A DNA stretch of 64,000 nt, from the NCBI GenBank assembly GCA_002372315.1, contig DFFU01000004.1, positions 29,785 to 93,784 of the forward strand, given 5' to 3'. The notes beneath the pieces are model-generated. The model saw only the letters and a program-made list of their open reading frames with translations, had not been told where the DNA came from and searched no databases. This document shows positions 8,902 to 19,660 of the stretch, one piece after another. The position numbers and the translations under genes were made by a program. This DNA comes from Alphaproteobacteria bacterium UBA3768 (GTDB lineage: Bacteria; Pseudomonadota; Alphaproteobacteria; CAAHEQ01; UBA3637). Within the stretch, counting starts at the first letter, position 1. Every line of letters begins with the position of its first letter.

Positions 8902-9591
8902 TTAAAATAATTGTTGAACATGGTTTAAGATGTTTTTGATAAATTCCTGGCAAGCGGGTGAGATATATTGGTGCCATAATCCTAATCCAGACCAGCCTTT
9001 TAAAGCAAATCCCCATAAATAGCCGATCAGCAATAAATTAGATCCAGGGATAAAGAGCATTGAAAAAAGGTATCCTGCCTTTTTAAAATCTGTTTGTTCA
9101 GAATGGATTTGAGTAAAGTTTGCCGCAATATGAAAACCAACTATTACACCAAAACCGATGATATACCATTGTTCAAATTGGCCATGTCGTCCCAAAAGTA
9201 GATCTATCAACATCCAAAGCAGGGGAAAAGTGGGGAAAAAGTAGGGGGCAATAGTAATCAACCAGTTGCCTTTCCCCTCATAGGTAAATGAGCCTCCCTT
9301 ATCTTGCTCAATGCTCATACCTTTGGGTTTATGAAAAGTCAAAATGGCAGCCAACATATGTGTTGCCTCATGCCCAAATATTGTCAGTGCACTACCGCTT
9401 AGTCCAGGAACTAAGGACCATAAAAAGACTGTTCCTATCACGGGCAGTAAAAAATAAACAGCCAAGTCCACCGAGAATGTATGCGAAATAAAAGACAAAA
9501 GAGCCTTAAATAATGGAAAACAAAAAAAAGCGCATAAAGTTGCTAATGGATATTTGATAATTTTTAAAAACCAATTGATGGCATCTTGCAT
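8902..9591 (-). CDS. polytopic membrane protein with an HExxH motif (peptidase M50B-like putative zinc metallopeptidase)
   Basis: multiple TM helices; FGHEATHML motif; start at ATG 9591 with AAGGAG RBS. Confidence 0.5.
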   Translation of the reverse strand: MQDAINWFLKIIKYPLATLCAFFCFPLFKALLSFISHTFSVDLAVYFLLPVIGTVFLWSLVPGLSGSALTIFGHEATHMLAAILTFHKPKGMSIEQDKGGSFTYEGKGNWLITIAPYFFPTFPLLWMLIDLLLGRHGQFEQWYIIGFGVIVGFHIAANFTQIHSEQTDFKKAGYLFSMLFIPGSNLLLIGYLWGFALKGWSGLGLWHQYISPACQEFIKNILNHVQQLF

Positions 9592-9649
9592 TTTACTCTC
9601 CTTTTGTGCTAGAATAAACCGAATTTTTAAAAAAAGCAAAGGATTTTTT

Positions 9650-10759
9650 ATGTTGTTGGGAACAGTGTTTGGATTATTAATCTTGGTTTTAATCTTATGC
9701 GTTGTTGTGTTGATAAAATTATCACATTTGAATCGACCTATTCAAAGTCAAAATAATTTAACTGATTTGGCACAATTAATGCATACAGATGCCAAAGATT
9801 TACGCACAGAATTGGGACAAAATTTATTAAATTTTAATGAAACAATTCGTAAAGTTTTAGAGGAACGCTTAGAAAATATGCGTGCCACTGTGGATGAAAA
9901 ATTGCAAGGAACATTGAATAAACGAATCAGTGAATCTTTTTCCTTGGTTTCAGAACGTTTGGAACAGGTTCATAAAGGACTAGGAGAAATGCAAAGTTTG
10001 GCCACTGACGTTGGTGGATTAAAAAGAGTTTTGACCAATGTAAAATCACGTGGTACATGGGGGGAAGTTCAATTAGGAGCTTTATTGGAACAAATTTTAA
10101 CACCTGAACAATTTGTCAAAAATGCCCATATTAAGGAGGGGGCTGAAGTCGTGGAATTTGCGGTAAAACTGCCCGATGGTGATGTATTGATTCCGATTGA
10201 TTCCAAATTCCCAATAGAGGATTATGAGCGTTTAATGAGTGCCGCAGAAAGTGGACAACCGGAAATGGTTGAGCAGGCGGCATCAGAATTGGAAAAAAGT
10301 ATTAAGGTCCAAGCTAAAAAAATTCAAGAAAAATACATAATGCCACCAAAAACAACTGATTTTGCAATTATGTTTTTGCCGACAGAAGGACTTTACGCTG
10401 AGGTTATGAAACGTGCTGGTTTGGTATCCACTATTCAAAATAAAAATCGTGTTTGTATTGCTGGTCCAAGTACTTTAGGTGCATTTTTGAACAGCTTACA
10501 AATGGGCTTTAGAACTTTGGCTATCCAAAAGAGATCAGGGGAGGTATGGCAAGTTTTGAATGCAGTGAGGGGAGAATTTGAAAAGTATGCACAATGGGTG
10601 GAAAAAGTAAAAAAGAATGTTGAACAAACATCAAAAGTATTGGATGAAGCTGAAACGAGGACAAGGGCTGTTAATCGCCGATTACGGGGAGTTGAAAATT
10701 ACCTACAAAAAGATTCAGATTCAAAGCTTAATGATGTGTCACATCAGATGATAGAATAA
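9650..10759 (+). CDS. rmuC: DNA recombination protein RmuC
   Basis: N-terminal TM anchor, long coiled-coil, C-terminal RmuC-like domain; ATG 9650 with AAAGGA RBS (the ORF track starts at an upstream TTG). Confidence 0.75.
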   Translation: MLLGTVFGLLILVLILCVVVLIKLSHLNRPIQSQNNLTDLAQLMHTDAKDLRTELGQNLLNFNETIRKVLEERLENMRATVDEKLQGTLNKRISESFSLVSERLEQVHKGLGEMQSLATDVGGLKRVLTNVKSRGTWGEVQLGALLEQILTPEQFVKNAHIKEGAEVVEFAVKLPDGDVLIPIDSKFPIEDYERLMSAAESGQPEMVEQAASELEKSIKVQAKKIQEKYIMPPKTTDFAIMFLPTEGLYAEVMKRAGLVSTIQNKNRVCIAGPSTLGAFLNSLQMGFRTLAIQKRSGEVWQVLNAVRGEFEKYAQWVEKVKKNVEQTSKVLDEAETRTRAVNRRLRGVENYLQKDSDSKLNDVSHQMIE

Positions 10760-10785
10760 CAGCAGGAAAAAATTCCCGCTGTTTT

Positions 10786-11979
10786 TTATTTAAAACTATT
10801 GAAGGTATGACAAACAGGGCAAACCGCATGCCATGTGGGCGATTTATAATCACATGTTTCACAATGCCATGCCGTTTCATCTTCTTCTGTTTCTGGAGCC
10901 TTCGCCTCCCATTCGCGTGCTTGATCTTCATGCTGCCATGCATCTCTTTCAACACGGGCTTGCATCAAAGCAACCTGTTTGGTTAAAGAGTATGTCTGTA
11001 AATATTCATCCAAATACTTTTTTGCTTCAACAGGCATTTGAGTGTTCAAATATACATCAGCCATTGCTAATAATGATAGTCTTTCATGTGGATTAGATGA
11101 TACCAAATCCTTAATGGCGTGTTGTTGTCCTTTTGCATCTTGGGAAACTAGCAATTCTTTATAGGCAACATAAATGGGCCAACAAGGTGTTTTTTCCCAT
11201 AACCTTTTGAAAATTTTGCCAGCTTTTTTAGTGTTGGCCCTTGCGTAGCCAATAACGATTGCTGGATTTGTTGGATCCAATTTATATGCTGCACTTACAT
11301 CACCTTTGGAAAACAGGCAGGCAGCAAAGCGTTTATTGTAATCCTCTTTTGTTAAAATGCGTTTCATATTTTTTAAATATATCACGGCATTATCCCAATC
11401 ATTTTCTTGTACACATAATTGAAAATAGGCCTGCAGTGCCCATGATGTTTTCTTCTTTTTTTCTGGCATGCTGTCCAACAAAGTACGCATCTGCTGTAAA
11501 TCTCCACCAGTATTTGCAGCACGAAACAATCCGCGAATTCCCCCCATTGTCGTTTGTGGAAATTCCGTCATTTTGGCAAAGGCTTCTTCATCAGGCAATA
11601 ATAAACAACGAATCATCCAGTATATGTAATCATTAGATCCATACAGGCGCTGACTTTTCTTCAAAATATCTGGAAATGCTTCCACCTCTTGATTTGTTAA
11701 AGCTAACAAGACGGTCAATAACAAATCATGCTTTTTCTGTTCAACAACGATTTTATGATGCTTACGCCAACGCTTGAACAGATAAAAAGGATAAAGAATA
11801 AGATGCCAAAAAAATAGTACAGCAAAAAATATACCTACAAAAGTAAAAATGGAACCATAAATACGGTAATGTGTAAATTGTAACGTCAACATTGTCTCCG
11901 GATTTTGAATAAAGAACCCTAAAGCAAATGTGATTGCCGATAAAAGAAAGTATTTAATCATTTTCAGCTCCTTTTTCAA
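10786..11979 (-). CDS. HemY N-terminal domain/TPR protein with a C-terminal Cys4 zinc ribbon (alphaproteobacterial 'hemY'-like)
   Basis: two N-terminal TM helices, TPR-like body, C-terminal CETC...CPVC. Confidence 0.55.
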   Translation of the reverse strand: MKKELKMIKYFLLSAITFALGFFIQNPETMLTLQFTHYRIYGSIFTFVGIFFAVLFFWHLILYPFYLFKRWRKHHKIVVEQKKHDLLLTVLLALTNQEVEAFPDILKKSQRLYGSNDYIYWMIRCLLLPDEEAFAKMTEFPQTTMGGIRGLFRAANTGGDLQQMRTLLDSMPEKKKKTSWALQAYFQLCVQENDWDNAVIYLKNMKRILTKEDYNKRFAACLFSKGDVSAAYKLDPTNPAIVIGYARANTKKAGKIFKRLWEKTPCWPIYVAYKELLVSQDAKGQQHAIKDLVSSNPHERLSLLAMADVYLNTQMPVEAKKYLDEYLQTYSLTKQVALMQARVERDAWQHEDQAREWEAKAPETEEDETAWHCETCDYKSPTWHAVCPVCHTFNSFK

Positions 11980-12607
11980 AAGAATTTAAATTTTCCAACT
12001 GCTCTTTAAATTGAACTATTCTGTCAGCAATTTTTTGTGTTTGTTTCAAACTATTTTTCCAATTATCAGGCATTTGTTCCAGTAATTTAATAATTTGGGT
12101 TGGTTGCTGATCTATGATAGCTTGCTCAATTTGATCCAAAACAGCTCTTGGTGTATTACCTGAGGCATTCATATCTTGAACATCAAACAGCAAATCTGGC
12201 AATACTTTCAAGTATTCTGTATACGAAACTTTGTTATTTCGTACTTGATTGAATAATAAGTATTTCTTTTCTTTTCTGAATGTATTTAAAAGATTATCCC
12301 ATGGTAAAGAACTTTTAGATACGCAAAAATTTTTTAAATTTTGATATAATTCAGTATAATCCGAACGATCTTCTAATTCTTTAATAAGATCTTGACAATC
12401 TTTGCCATTTAAAAAATCATCCCACGTATAAGATGATAATTTACCTTTTACCTCCACCACAGGCTGTACGGAAGACTCTGTTTTAGCCTCTTGCACAGTA
12501 GTATTTTGTTGCTGCTCTGCCGGCATATCCTGTGCAACAGTTGGTGTGAAATAACAGCAACATCCACAAATGATTGCCAATTTTCCTACGTTTTTTATAT
12601 TTAGCAT
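11954..12607 (-). CDS. hypothetical secreted protein or lipoprotein
   Basis: N-terminal signal-like sequence with a Cys cluster (IICGCCCY); in operon position upstream of the hemY-like gene. Confidence 0.45.
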   Translation of the reverse strand: MLNIKNVGKLAIICGCCCYFTPTVAQDMPAEQQQNTTVQEAKTESSVQPVVEVKGKLSSYTWDDFLNGKDCQDLIKELEDRSDYTELYQNLKNFCVSKSSLPWDNLLNTFRKEKKYLLFNQVRNNKVSYTEYLKVLPDLLFDVQDMNASGNTPRAVLDQIEQAIIDQQPTQIIKLLEQMPDNWKNSLKQTQKIADRIVQFKEQLENLNSFEKGAEND

Positions 12608-12627
12608 TTTCCCCCCTTAATTTTTAA

Positions 12628-14109
12628 TTATTCTTCATCATTTTGATACACTGAAAAATATTTTTGAATAGCTGTATTGTTGATTTTTACATGAAAGTCA
12701 GCAGCATAACTTTGTTGAAGTGCATTCAACAGGTCTGCTGTATACATTCTTCGTGCACTATCCTTTTCTTGTTGTGAAAGCGTTGTTGTATTTTGAATGA
12801 TCTGATTAACCACAATAATCCATGTACCATTTTGGTAGGGATAAGATTGTACATTTTGATAACCTTGTTTTTGGGCAAATAATGAGGGTAACAGCTCAAT
12901 AGGTACATGTTTAGAATTTGTTTGTTCAACTGTTTCCCACATGGGGTAATATTTTCCCCAACTTTGCGATTGACTTATTTGTCCTGTCACTTTCTTGACC
13001 AATTCTGGTAATTTTTCTTTGCGTTGTTCTGTTGACCATAACTCTATAACTTGATTTTTCACTGTGTTATATGGTTTGGGTGAAATAGGCGTAATTTTTT
13101 CAACTTCAGCCACTAAGAAACCATTAGAATATTCCACAATACTAGATGATTCTTTTTCGGATAAAGTAAAAATTTCTTGTAAAATTGGATTTTCAGTTAA
13201 CCTGTTATCTGCTATATTCCCATTTTTATTGCGACCGCTGATATCTATGGTTAAAGTTACGGGCAAAGGCAATTGCAACCTTTGGGCGGCCTCTTTCAAA
13301 GGAATACCTTCACCTAATAAATCCTCTAGGCTCTGAATGCTTTGATACATCAAATCATATGCTTTATCTTTTTCTCCTTTAAAGTTGTTGGGTAATATGG
13401 ATAAAAGCTGAATTGTGCGATATTCTGGATTCATAAATTCTTCTTGATATGCCTCATAATATTCCTTTAATGTTGTTTCATCTGGATGATCAATTTGAAT
13501 ATCTTTTAGTGCTAAAAAGACAGCCGTAATTTCTCTTTTTTCTTTTTGACTGTTGGCCATCAAGTCGATAAGTTGTCCATTGTCAGGTTCGATTTTTGAT
13601 AAAGCATGTGATAAATGTTGTTGTGTGAGTTCTTGTTTTAACTTTTCAGATAGTTGTGTCTGATTCATTTTCAATTGGCTCATATATGCATAAAATAAAT
13701 TTGTATCAAAAGTACCTAAGTTATTTTGAAATAACGGATATCTTTCAACATACTTTCGAACGGCTTCATCAGAGGCTGTTAACCCAATCCTATCAGCAAT
13801 TTTTTGCGTAATTTTTTCTTGAACTAACTGTTGAATAACCTGATTCAATAGGCCCATTTGTATGGCTTTTGAGGTTGAAATATTTTGTCCAGTTAAAGTT
13901 GAAATTTTATAGCGTTCTTGATTAAGTTGATTATTAATTTGATCAATGGAAATTACATCTGAACCAACTGTAATGGCCTCATGATCCTTTACAGAAAAAC
14001 TATTGGATAAACCTCCAAGTCCCCAAAAAACCATCATGCTGATGGCTAAAGAAGCACAAATTATTTTTGCAACCCAGCTATTTCCAATCTTGTTAAAGAA
14101 CGTAATCAT
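12628..14109 (-). CDS. PpiD/SurA-like periplasmic chaperone
   Basis: N-terminal membrane anchor then a SurA-N-like chaperone domain; start at ATG 14109 with AAAGGA RBS. Confidence 0.6.
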   Translation of the reverse strand: MITFFNKIGNSWVAKIICASLAISMMVFWGLGGLSNSFSVKDHEAITVGSDVISIDQINNQLNQERYKISTLTGQNISTSKAIQMGLLNQVIQQLVQEKITQKIADRIGLTASDEAVRKYVERYPLFQNNLGTFDTNLFYAYMSQLKMNQTQLSEKLKQELTQQHLSHALSKIEPDNGQLIDLMANSQKEKREITAVFLALKDIQIDHPDETTLKEYYEAYQEEFMNPEYRTIQLLSILPNNFKGEKDKAYDLMYQSIQSLEDLLGEGIPLKEAAQRLQLPLPVTLTIDISGRNKNGNIADNRLTENPILQEIFTLSEKESSSIVEYSNGFLVAEVEKITPISPKPYNTVKNQVIELWSTEQRKEKLPELVKKVTGQISQSQSWGKYYPMWETVEQTNSKHVPIELLPSLFAQKQGYQNVQSYPYQNGTWIIVVNQIIQNTTTLSQQEKDSARRMYTADLLNALQQSYAADFHVKINNTAIQKYFSVYQNDEE

Positions 14110-14234
14110 GTGAATATCCTTTCTATCACGACTTATCTTAAACAAAAATAAGTGAAAAAGCAAGCACTTTTTATTTTTCTTGATTTTTTGTCAAAGCTGT
14201 GGTATGAATGTTCAAAAATTTTTGGGGGGGGAAG

Positions 14235-16430
14235 ATGGCAAATTTATCAGCTTATGAGATTAAAGTTTTACAGTGTGGTCAATTAAAAGGGGATCCTTTT
14301 TCTGTTTTAGGTATGCATGAGGGCAGTGCTGGTGAAGGATTAGTTATTCGGACTGTTCAACCGCAAGCCAAAGAGGTATTTGTTTTGAATGAAAATGGAG
14401 AAAATTTAGGACAAATGAATCGTGTGGGGCAGGGGATATTTCAATTGGATCTTGTTGATAAAAAAGAGTTTTTCCCCTATCAATTCAAAATTAAACTCTA
14501 TGATGATAAGACCTATGAAGTGGAGGATCCTTATCGTTTTTGGCCTGTATTATCGGATTTGGATCTGTATTTATATGGGGAAGGCCAACATTGGCAAATA
14601 TACGAAAAATTAGGGGCGCATTTGATAAAGCATCAAGGAGTGGATGGTGTTTTTTTTGCTGTATGGGCACCTAATGCCTCTCGTGTAAGTGTTGTGGGCA
14701 ATTTTAACGGATGGGATGGTCGACGCCATTTGATGCGTCCACGTGGTAGCAGTGGTATTTGGGAACTGTTTATCCCCGGCCTTAAAGAATGGGATATTTA
14801 TAAATATGAGCTTTTGGATAAAGAAGGGCGCTTGCTGCCACTAAAATCTGATCCCTTTGCGTTCGCATCGGAATTGCGTCCAAAATCAGGGAGTTTGGTC
14901 TATGATAATTCCACTTATCAATGGCATGATGAAAGTTGGATGAAAAAACGTTCCGAAAACATTCAATCACGCGATAAGCCAATCAGTATTTATGAGGTCC
15001 ATTTGGGGTCTTGGAAACGTAAAAATGATAATCAATATATGAGCTATTTAGATTTAGCAAAAGAATTACCTGAGTATGTTAAACAAATGGGATATACACA
15101 TGTGGAATTCTTGCCTGTATCCGAGTTTCCTTTTGATGGTAGTTGGGGATATCAGGTGATTGGTATGTATGCACCGACCAGTCGTTATGGAACACCCGGA
15201 GATTTTAAATATTTAATTGATTGCTTACATCAAGCAGGAATAGGGGTTATTATAGATTGGGTCCCAGGACATTTTCCTAAAGATGCTTTTGGACTAATCA
15301 ATTTTGATGGGACAGCTCTTTATGAACACGCAGATCCGCGCAAAGGTGAGCACAAAGATTGGGGAACAAAAATTTATAATTATGGGCGTAATGAAGTTTC
15401 CAACTTTTTATTGGCGAATGCGCTTTATTGGTTACGTATATTTCATGTGGATGGTTTGCGTGTTGATGCTGTTGCCAGCATGCTTTATTTGGATTATTCT
15501 CGTAAGCGTGGAGAGTGGATTCCCAATCAATATGGAGGGCATGAAAACTTGGAAGCTATTCAATTTTTACGTCGTCTAAACGAACTTGTTTATGGGGAAA
15601 ATTCTGGTGCCATTACTATTGCAGAAGAATCAACTGCATGGCCGATGGTGTCTCGCCCCGTTTATGTAGGGGGGCTGGGTTTTGGATACAAATGGAATAT
15701 GGGATGGATGCACGATACTTTAAATTATATGTCCCAAAATCCAATTTACCGTAAATTCCATCAAAATGAATTGACTTTCAGTTTTTTGTATGCTTTCACG
15801 GAAAACTTTGTTTTGCCCCTGTCGCATGATGAGGTAGTACATGGGAAAGGTACTATTTTGAATCGTATGCCCGGTGATGAATGGCAAAAATTTGCGAATT
15901 TGCGTGCCTATTATGGTTATATGTATATGCACCCGGGAAAGAAACTTTTGTTTATGGGACAAGAATGGGGGGCAACGAAAGAGTGGAACTATATGACTGG
16001 ATTGCAATGGGATTTATTACAATATCCAGTCCATAGCGGTGTTCAAAAACTGGTTAAAGATTTGAATCATTTTTATAAAACACATCCTGAACTTTATGAA
16101 TTAGATGAGGAAGGGGCTGGTTTTGAATGGATTAATGGTTCTGATACTGAAAATTCATGCCTGACTTTTATGCGAAAAAATAAAAAGGGGGATACACTAG
16201 TGGTGGCCATGAATTTAACACCAGTTCCGCGTTATGATTATAAAATTGGCGTTAATCAATCGGGAAGGTATTGTGAAGTTTTAAATACTGATTTGTCTGT
16301 TTATGGAGGTAGCAATGTACATAATTTGGATGAAATTCAATCCATAGAGCCTGGTTGGGACTTTAAAAAATATCAGATCAGAGTTGTATTACCACCACTT
16401 TCCATGGTGTGTTTTCAATTAAAAAAGTAG
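14235..16430 (+). CDS. glgB: 1,4-alpha-glucan branching enzyme
   Basis: GH13 catalytic motifs (DWVPGHF, GLRVDAV, EESTAW, LPLSHDEVVH) and the characteristic GlgB N-terminal region. Confidence 0.9.
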   Translation: MANLSAYEIKVLQCGQLKGDPFSVLGMHEGSAGEGLVIRTVQPQAKEVFVLNENGENLGQMNRVGQGIFQLDLVDKKEFFPYQFKIKLYDDKTYEVEDPYRFWPVLSDLDLYLYGEGQHWQIYEKLGAHLIKHQGVDGVFFAVWAPNASRVSVVGNFNGWDGRRHLMRPRGSSGIWELFIPGLKEWDIYKYELLDKEGRLLPLKSDPFAFASELRPKSGSLVYDNSTYQWHDESWMKKRSENIQSRDKPISIYEVHLGSWKRKNDNQYMSYLDLAKELPEYVKQMGYTHVEFLPVSEFPFDGSWGYQVIGMYAPTSRYGTPGDFKYLIDCLHQAGIGVIIDWVPGHFPKDAFGLINFDGTALYEHADPRKGEHKDWGTKIYNYGRNEVSNFLLANALYWLRIFHVDGLRVDAVASMLYLDYSRKRGEWIPNQYGGHENLEAIQFLRRLNELVYGENSGAITIAEESTAWPMVSRPVYVGGLGFGYKWNMGWMHDTLNYMSQNPIYRKFHQNELTFSFLYAFTENFVLPLSHDEVVHGKGTILNRMPGDEWQKFANLRAYYGYMYMHPGKKLLFMGQEWGATKEWNYMTGLQWDLLQYPVHSGVQKLVKDLNHFYKTHPELYELDEEGAGFEWINGSDTENSCLTFMRKNKKGDTLVVAMNLTPVPRYDYKIGVNQSGRYCEVLNTDLSVYGGSNVHNLDEIQSIEPGWDFKKYQIRVVLPPLSMVCFQLKK

Positions 16431-17189
16431 TTATTCAAATGTATAGCCATCAAATGACAATTTTGTAATCAAAAGCTGACGACAAAGTCCTGTTTTTCGT
16501 CCTCCAGCTAATTGCTTTGAAATTTGTCCTGGTGTAATGGCTGATTCAAAGCGTTGATAGCTTAATTTCCCTGTGCCATTCCAATACATTAAATATCCTT
16601 CAATATGGGCAATATCACCCGCTTTTAAAATATCAATACCTCTCTGAATATTAAGATTTGCGGCAACAGAATGATTGTTATTGATGTCAGAATGAGCATC
16701 TTTAAAGATTTCTTTGTTACAAGTTTGGTAACCTGTATAGGTTGTCCATAATAATCTGTATTCGTGTTCAAAGGAAAAACATTGAGGGTTTTGTCCACTT
16801 AATCCTGTAGCTGTTGATATATCTTGAGGAACAACAGCATCATAAAGGGCTGCACCTTCATGGGAACGATACCAAGTTCCCAAGCTGGAGTAACGATCTA
16901 TATACACAATGCGCGTCGTTGTTTCAAAACGCTTAATAGTCTGAACCTCAATATTGTACCCATTGATATTTAAGGGAATAACTTTTTGTTCGGGGATATC
17001 TATAAAAGAATCATGTTCGCTGATTTGTAAGATTTGCTTGTTTGGTTTGCCATAAAGTTTTTGATAAATTGGTCTTTTTAAAAAACAATTACTTACATAA
17101 AAAAACAATATTCCTCCGGCTATTGCTTTTAACATAAAGCCAGGTGATATTTGACAAAGTATCCAAATTTGTCTTAAATATTTCAACAT
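16431..17189 (-). CDS. hypothetical membrane-anchored protein between glgB and glgX
   Basis: ORF with one N-terminal hydrophobic segment; no recognisable family. Confidence 0.45.
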   Translation of the reverse strand: MLKYLRQIWILCQISPGFMLKAIAGGILFFYVSNCFLKRPIYQKLYGKPNKQILQISEHDSFIDIPEQKVIPLNINGYNIEVQTIKRFETTTRIVYIDRYSSLGTWYRSHEGAALYDAVVPQDISTATGLSGQNPQCFSFEHEYRLLWTTYTGYQTCNKEIFKDAHSDINNNHSVAANLNIQRGIDILKAGDIAHIEGYLMYWNGTGKLSYQRFESAITPGQISKQLAGGRKTGLCRQLLITKLSFDGYTFE

Positions 17190-17279
17190 AAGATTGTATT
17201 ATCAGAAAAAATGATTAAAAAGCAAGATTTTCTTTGCAAAATTTAAAAAAATAAATTATATTTATGCGTGGGAGATAAA

Positions 17280-19319
17280 ATGAATTTAGAGGTTTTACCT
17301 GGATTGCCATATCCCTTAGGGGCAAATTACGATGGAAAAGGTGTTAATTTCGCCTTGTTTTCTGCACATGCAACCCGTGTTCAATTGTGCCTCTTTGATG
17401 CAAATGGTCAAAATGAAAGACGCATTGATTTACCCCGTTACACGGATGAGGTTTGGCATGGTTACATTAAAAGTTTGCAGTGGGGACAAAGATATGCTTA
17501 TCGGGTTTATGGACCCTATGAACCGGAAAAAGGGTTACGCTTTAATCCGAATAAATTATTGTTGGATCCTTATGCTAAAAAATTGACAGGTCCTATTATG
17601 GCGCATAATTCTCAATTGGGGTATAATTTGAAATCAGACAAGGCCGACTTATCGTACTCTAAATTGAATGACGCAAATTATGTACCAAAATGTGTTGTTG
17701 TGGATGATAATTATTTCCAGTGGAAAGATTCACAAAAACCAAAGCACAATTGGGATGAGGAAGTAATTTACGAAACGCATGTAAAGGGGTTTACTGCTTT
17801 AAATCCAGATGTTGATAAAGCATTTCGTGGTACTTTTAAGGGACTTTCTCAACCTAAAGTGATTGAGTACTTAAAATCGTTACAAATTTCGGCGGTTGAA
17901 CTGTTACCCATTGCAACGTTTATGACACCAGGGCATTTGACACAAAAGAGATTAACAAATTATTGGGGATACGATCCAGTTTTGTTCATGTGCCCATATA
18001 CCCCTTACATGTTTAATGGCAGTACATCAGAATTAAAAATGGCTGTGCATACCTTGCACGAAGCGGGGATAGAAGTTATTTTAGATGTTGTTTTTAATCA
18101 CACAGCAGAAGGAAATCAGTTGGGACCAACACTTTGCTATCGAGGGATAGATAATACGGTTTATTATCGTATTAATTCCGAAAATCCGCGTTATTATAAC
18201 GATACAACAGGGTGTGGCGCCAGCTTTAACCTTGGACATCCTAGAGTTTTGCAGTTGGTGATGGATTCACTCAGGTATTGGGCGGATAATATGCAAATTG
18301 ATGGCTTTCGTTTTGATTTGGCAACGACTTTGGCGCGTGATGATGCCAATACCTTTACACAAAACAGTGATTTTTTGGGAGTTGTGCAGCAAGATCCTGT
18401 TTTGCAGCGTTTGAAATTGATTGCTGAACCATGGGACTTGGGAAATGGCGGTTATCAAGTAGGTGGTTTTCGTCCAGGATGGGCTGAGTGGAATGATAAA
18501 TTCCGTGATACAGTACGTCGTTTTTGGAGAGGAGATGAAGGCCAAGCATCTGATTTTGCAAAACGCATAACAGCCTCATCTGATTTGTATCAGCGTAATG
18601 GGCGTAAACCTTGGGAATCTATTAATTTTATAACAGCGCATGATGGTTTTTCATTGGCAGATCTTGTTTCTTATAACCAAAAACATAATGAGGCCAACAA
18701 GGAAAATAACCATGATGGTGCGGATAACAATTATTCTTGGAACAGTTCTGTGGAAGGAAAAACAAACGATAAATCAATTTTAAAAAATCGTGAGCAAAGA
18801 GCACGTTCCATGATGGCATCACTTTTACTATCTTTTGGTACGCCAATGCTTAGGGCTGGCGATGAAATACTACAATCACACAATGGTAATAATAATCTTT
18901 ATGCTCAGGATAATGCGCTTTCTTGGATTGATTGGACTCACCTTGCACCAGCAGGTGGCAGGATGCTAGATTTTGTGCGACAATTGATGTCTTTTCGCCG
19001 GGCTCATCCAATTATGTCTTACTTCGACTTTTTTAAACCCGAAACATTTGAATGGTTTAAACCGAATGGAGAATTGATGAAAACTGAAGATTGGGCAAAC
19101 TATGTGCGTAGTCTTTCATATCGCATTCGCCAAAAATCGGGTGATTTATTCTTTATATTTAATGCCTACTGTGAGGATATTCAATGGATTTTACCACAAA
19201 CTAGGCGTGGTTATCATTGGCAGATTTCCTTAAATAGTTCACTGCAAGATATTGAAAATATTGATGAAAAAATTATTGTTCCAGCATGGAGTGTGCTTGT
19301 TTTTGAAGAAGTAAAATAA
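17280..19319 (+). CDS. glgX: glycogen debranching enzyme GlgX (GH13)
   Basis: GH13 motifs (DVVFNHT, GFRFDLA, EPWD) and the GlgX-type N-terminal domain; ATG 17280 with GGAGA RBS. Confidence 0.85.
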   Translation: MNLEVLPGLPYPLGANYDGKGVNFALFSAHATRVQLCLFDANGQNERRIDLPRYTDEVWHGYIKSLQWGQRYAYRVYGPYEPEKGLRFNPNKLLLDPYAKKLTGPIMAHNSQLGYNLKSDKADLSYSKLNDANYVPKCVVVDDNYFQWKDSQKPKHNWDEEVIYETHVKGFTALNPDVDKAFRGTFKGLSQPKVIEYLKSLQISAVELLPIATFMTPGHLTQKRLTNYWGYDPVLFMCPYTPYMFNGSTSELKMAVHTLHEAGIEVILDVVFNHTAEGNQLGPTLCYRGIDNTVYYRINSENPRYYNDTTGCGASFNLGHPRVLQLVMDSLRYWADNMQIDGFRFDLATTLARDDANTFTQNSDFLGVVQQDPVLQRLKLIAEPWDLGNGGYQVGGFRPGWAEWNDKFRDTVRRFWRGDEGQASDFAKRITASSDLYQRNGRKPWESINFITAHDGFSLADLVSYNQKHNEANKENNHDGADNNYSWNSSVEGKTNDKSILKNREQRARSMMASLLLSFGTPMLRAGDEILQSHNGNNNLYAQDNALSWIDWTHLAPAGGRMLDFVRQLMSFRRAHPIMSYFDFFKPETFEWFKPNGELMKTEDWANYVRSLSYRIRQKSGDLFFIFNAYCEDIQWILPQTRRGYHWQISLNSSLQDIENIDEKIIVPAWSVLVFEEVK

Positions 19320-19344
19320 AAATTAAAAAAAATATAAAAAATGA

Positions 19345-19373
19345 TTGACATTTTAAAATACTTCGCATATAAT
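19345..19373 (+). promoter_or_regulatory. consensus sigma70 promoter (TTGACA-N17-TATAAT) driving tRNA-Lys
   Basis: perfect consensus hexamers; -10 ends 10 nt before the tRNA 5' end. Confidence 0.55.
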
Positions 19374-19383
19374 ATCCCCCATT

Positions 19384-19459
19384 GAGTGCGTAGCTCAGCT
19401 GGTAGAGCACCTGACTTTTAATCAGGTGGCCGAGGGTTCGAATCCCTCCGCGCTCACCA
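19384..19459 (+). tRNA. tRNA-Lys (anticodon TTT)
   Basis: cloverleaf with acceptor stem GAGTGCG/CGCGCTC, anticodon loop CT-TTT-AA, T-arm GGTTCGAATCC, encoded CCA. Confidence 0.9.
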
Positions 19460-19468
19460 TTTTGAACA

Positions 19469-19495
19469 AGTCGCCTGAAAAGGCGACTTTTTCTT
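19469..19495 (+). terminator. rho-independent terminator after tRNA-Lys
   Basis: GTCGCC-TGAAAA-GGCGAC hairpin followed by TTTTTCTTTT. Confidence 0.6.
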
Positions 19496-19660
19496 TTATT
19501 TACAAGCTTTTAAGCTGGTTCGATTGGAACAAAGCCAAAAAGTGCCTCTTTTCATCAACAATCGAACTCATCATCTTGAAAGTGCTTGATTTTATTACAT
19601 TTCACATTTTTAGCGCTTTTTGACAGCCTCTGAAACACTCGAACTTTTAGAGGTGATTTT

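Noticed and set aside
9288-9491. 67-aa plus-strand ORF
   Set aside because: Lies inside and antisense to the membrane HExxH protein gene 8902-9591.
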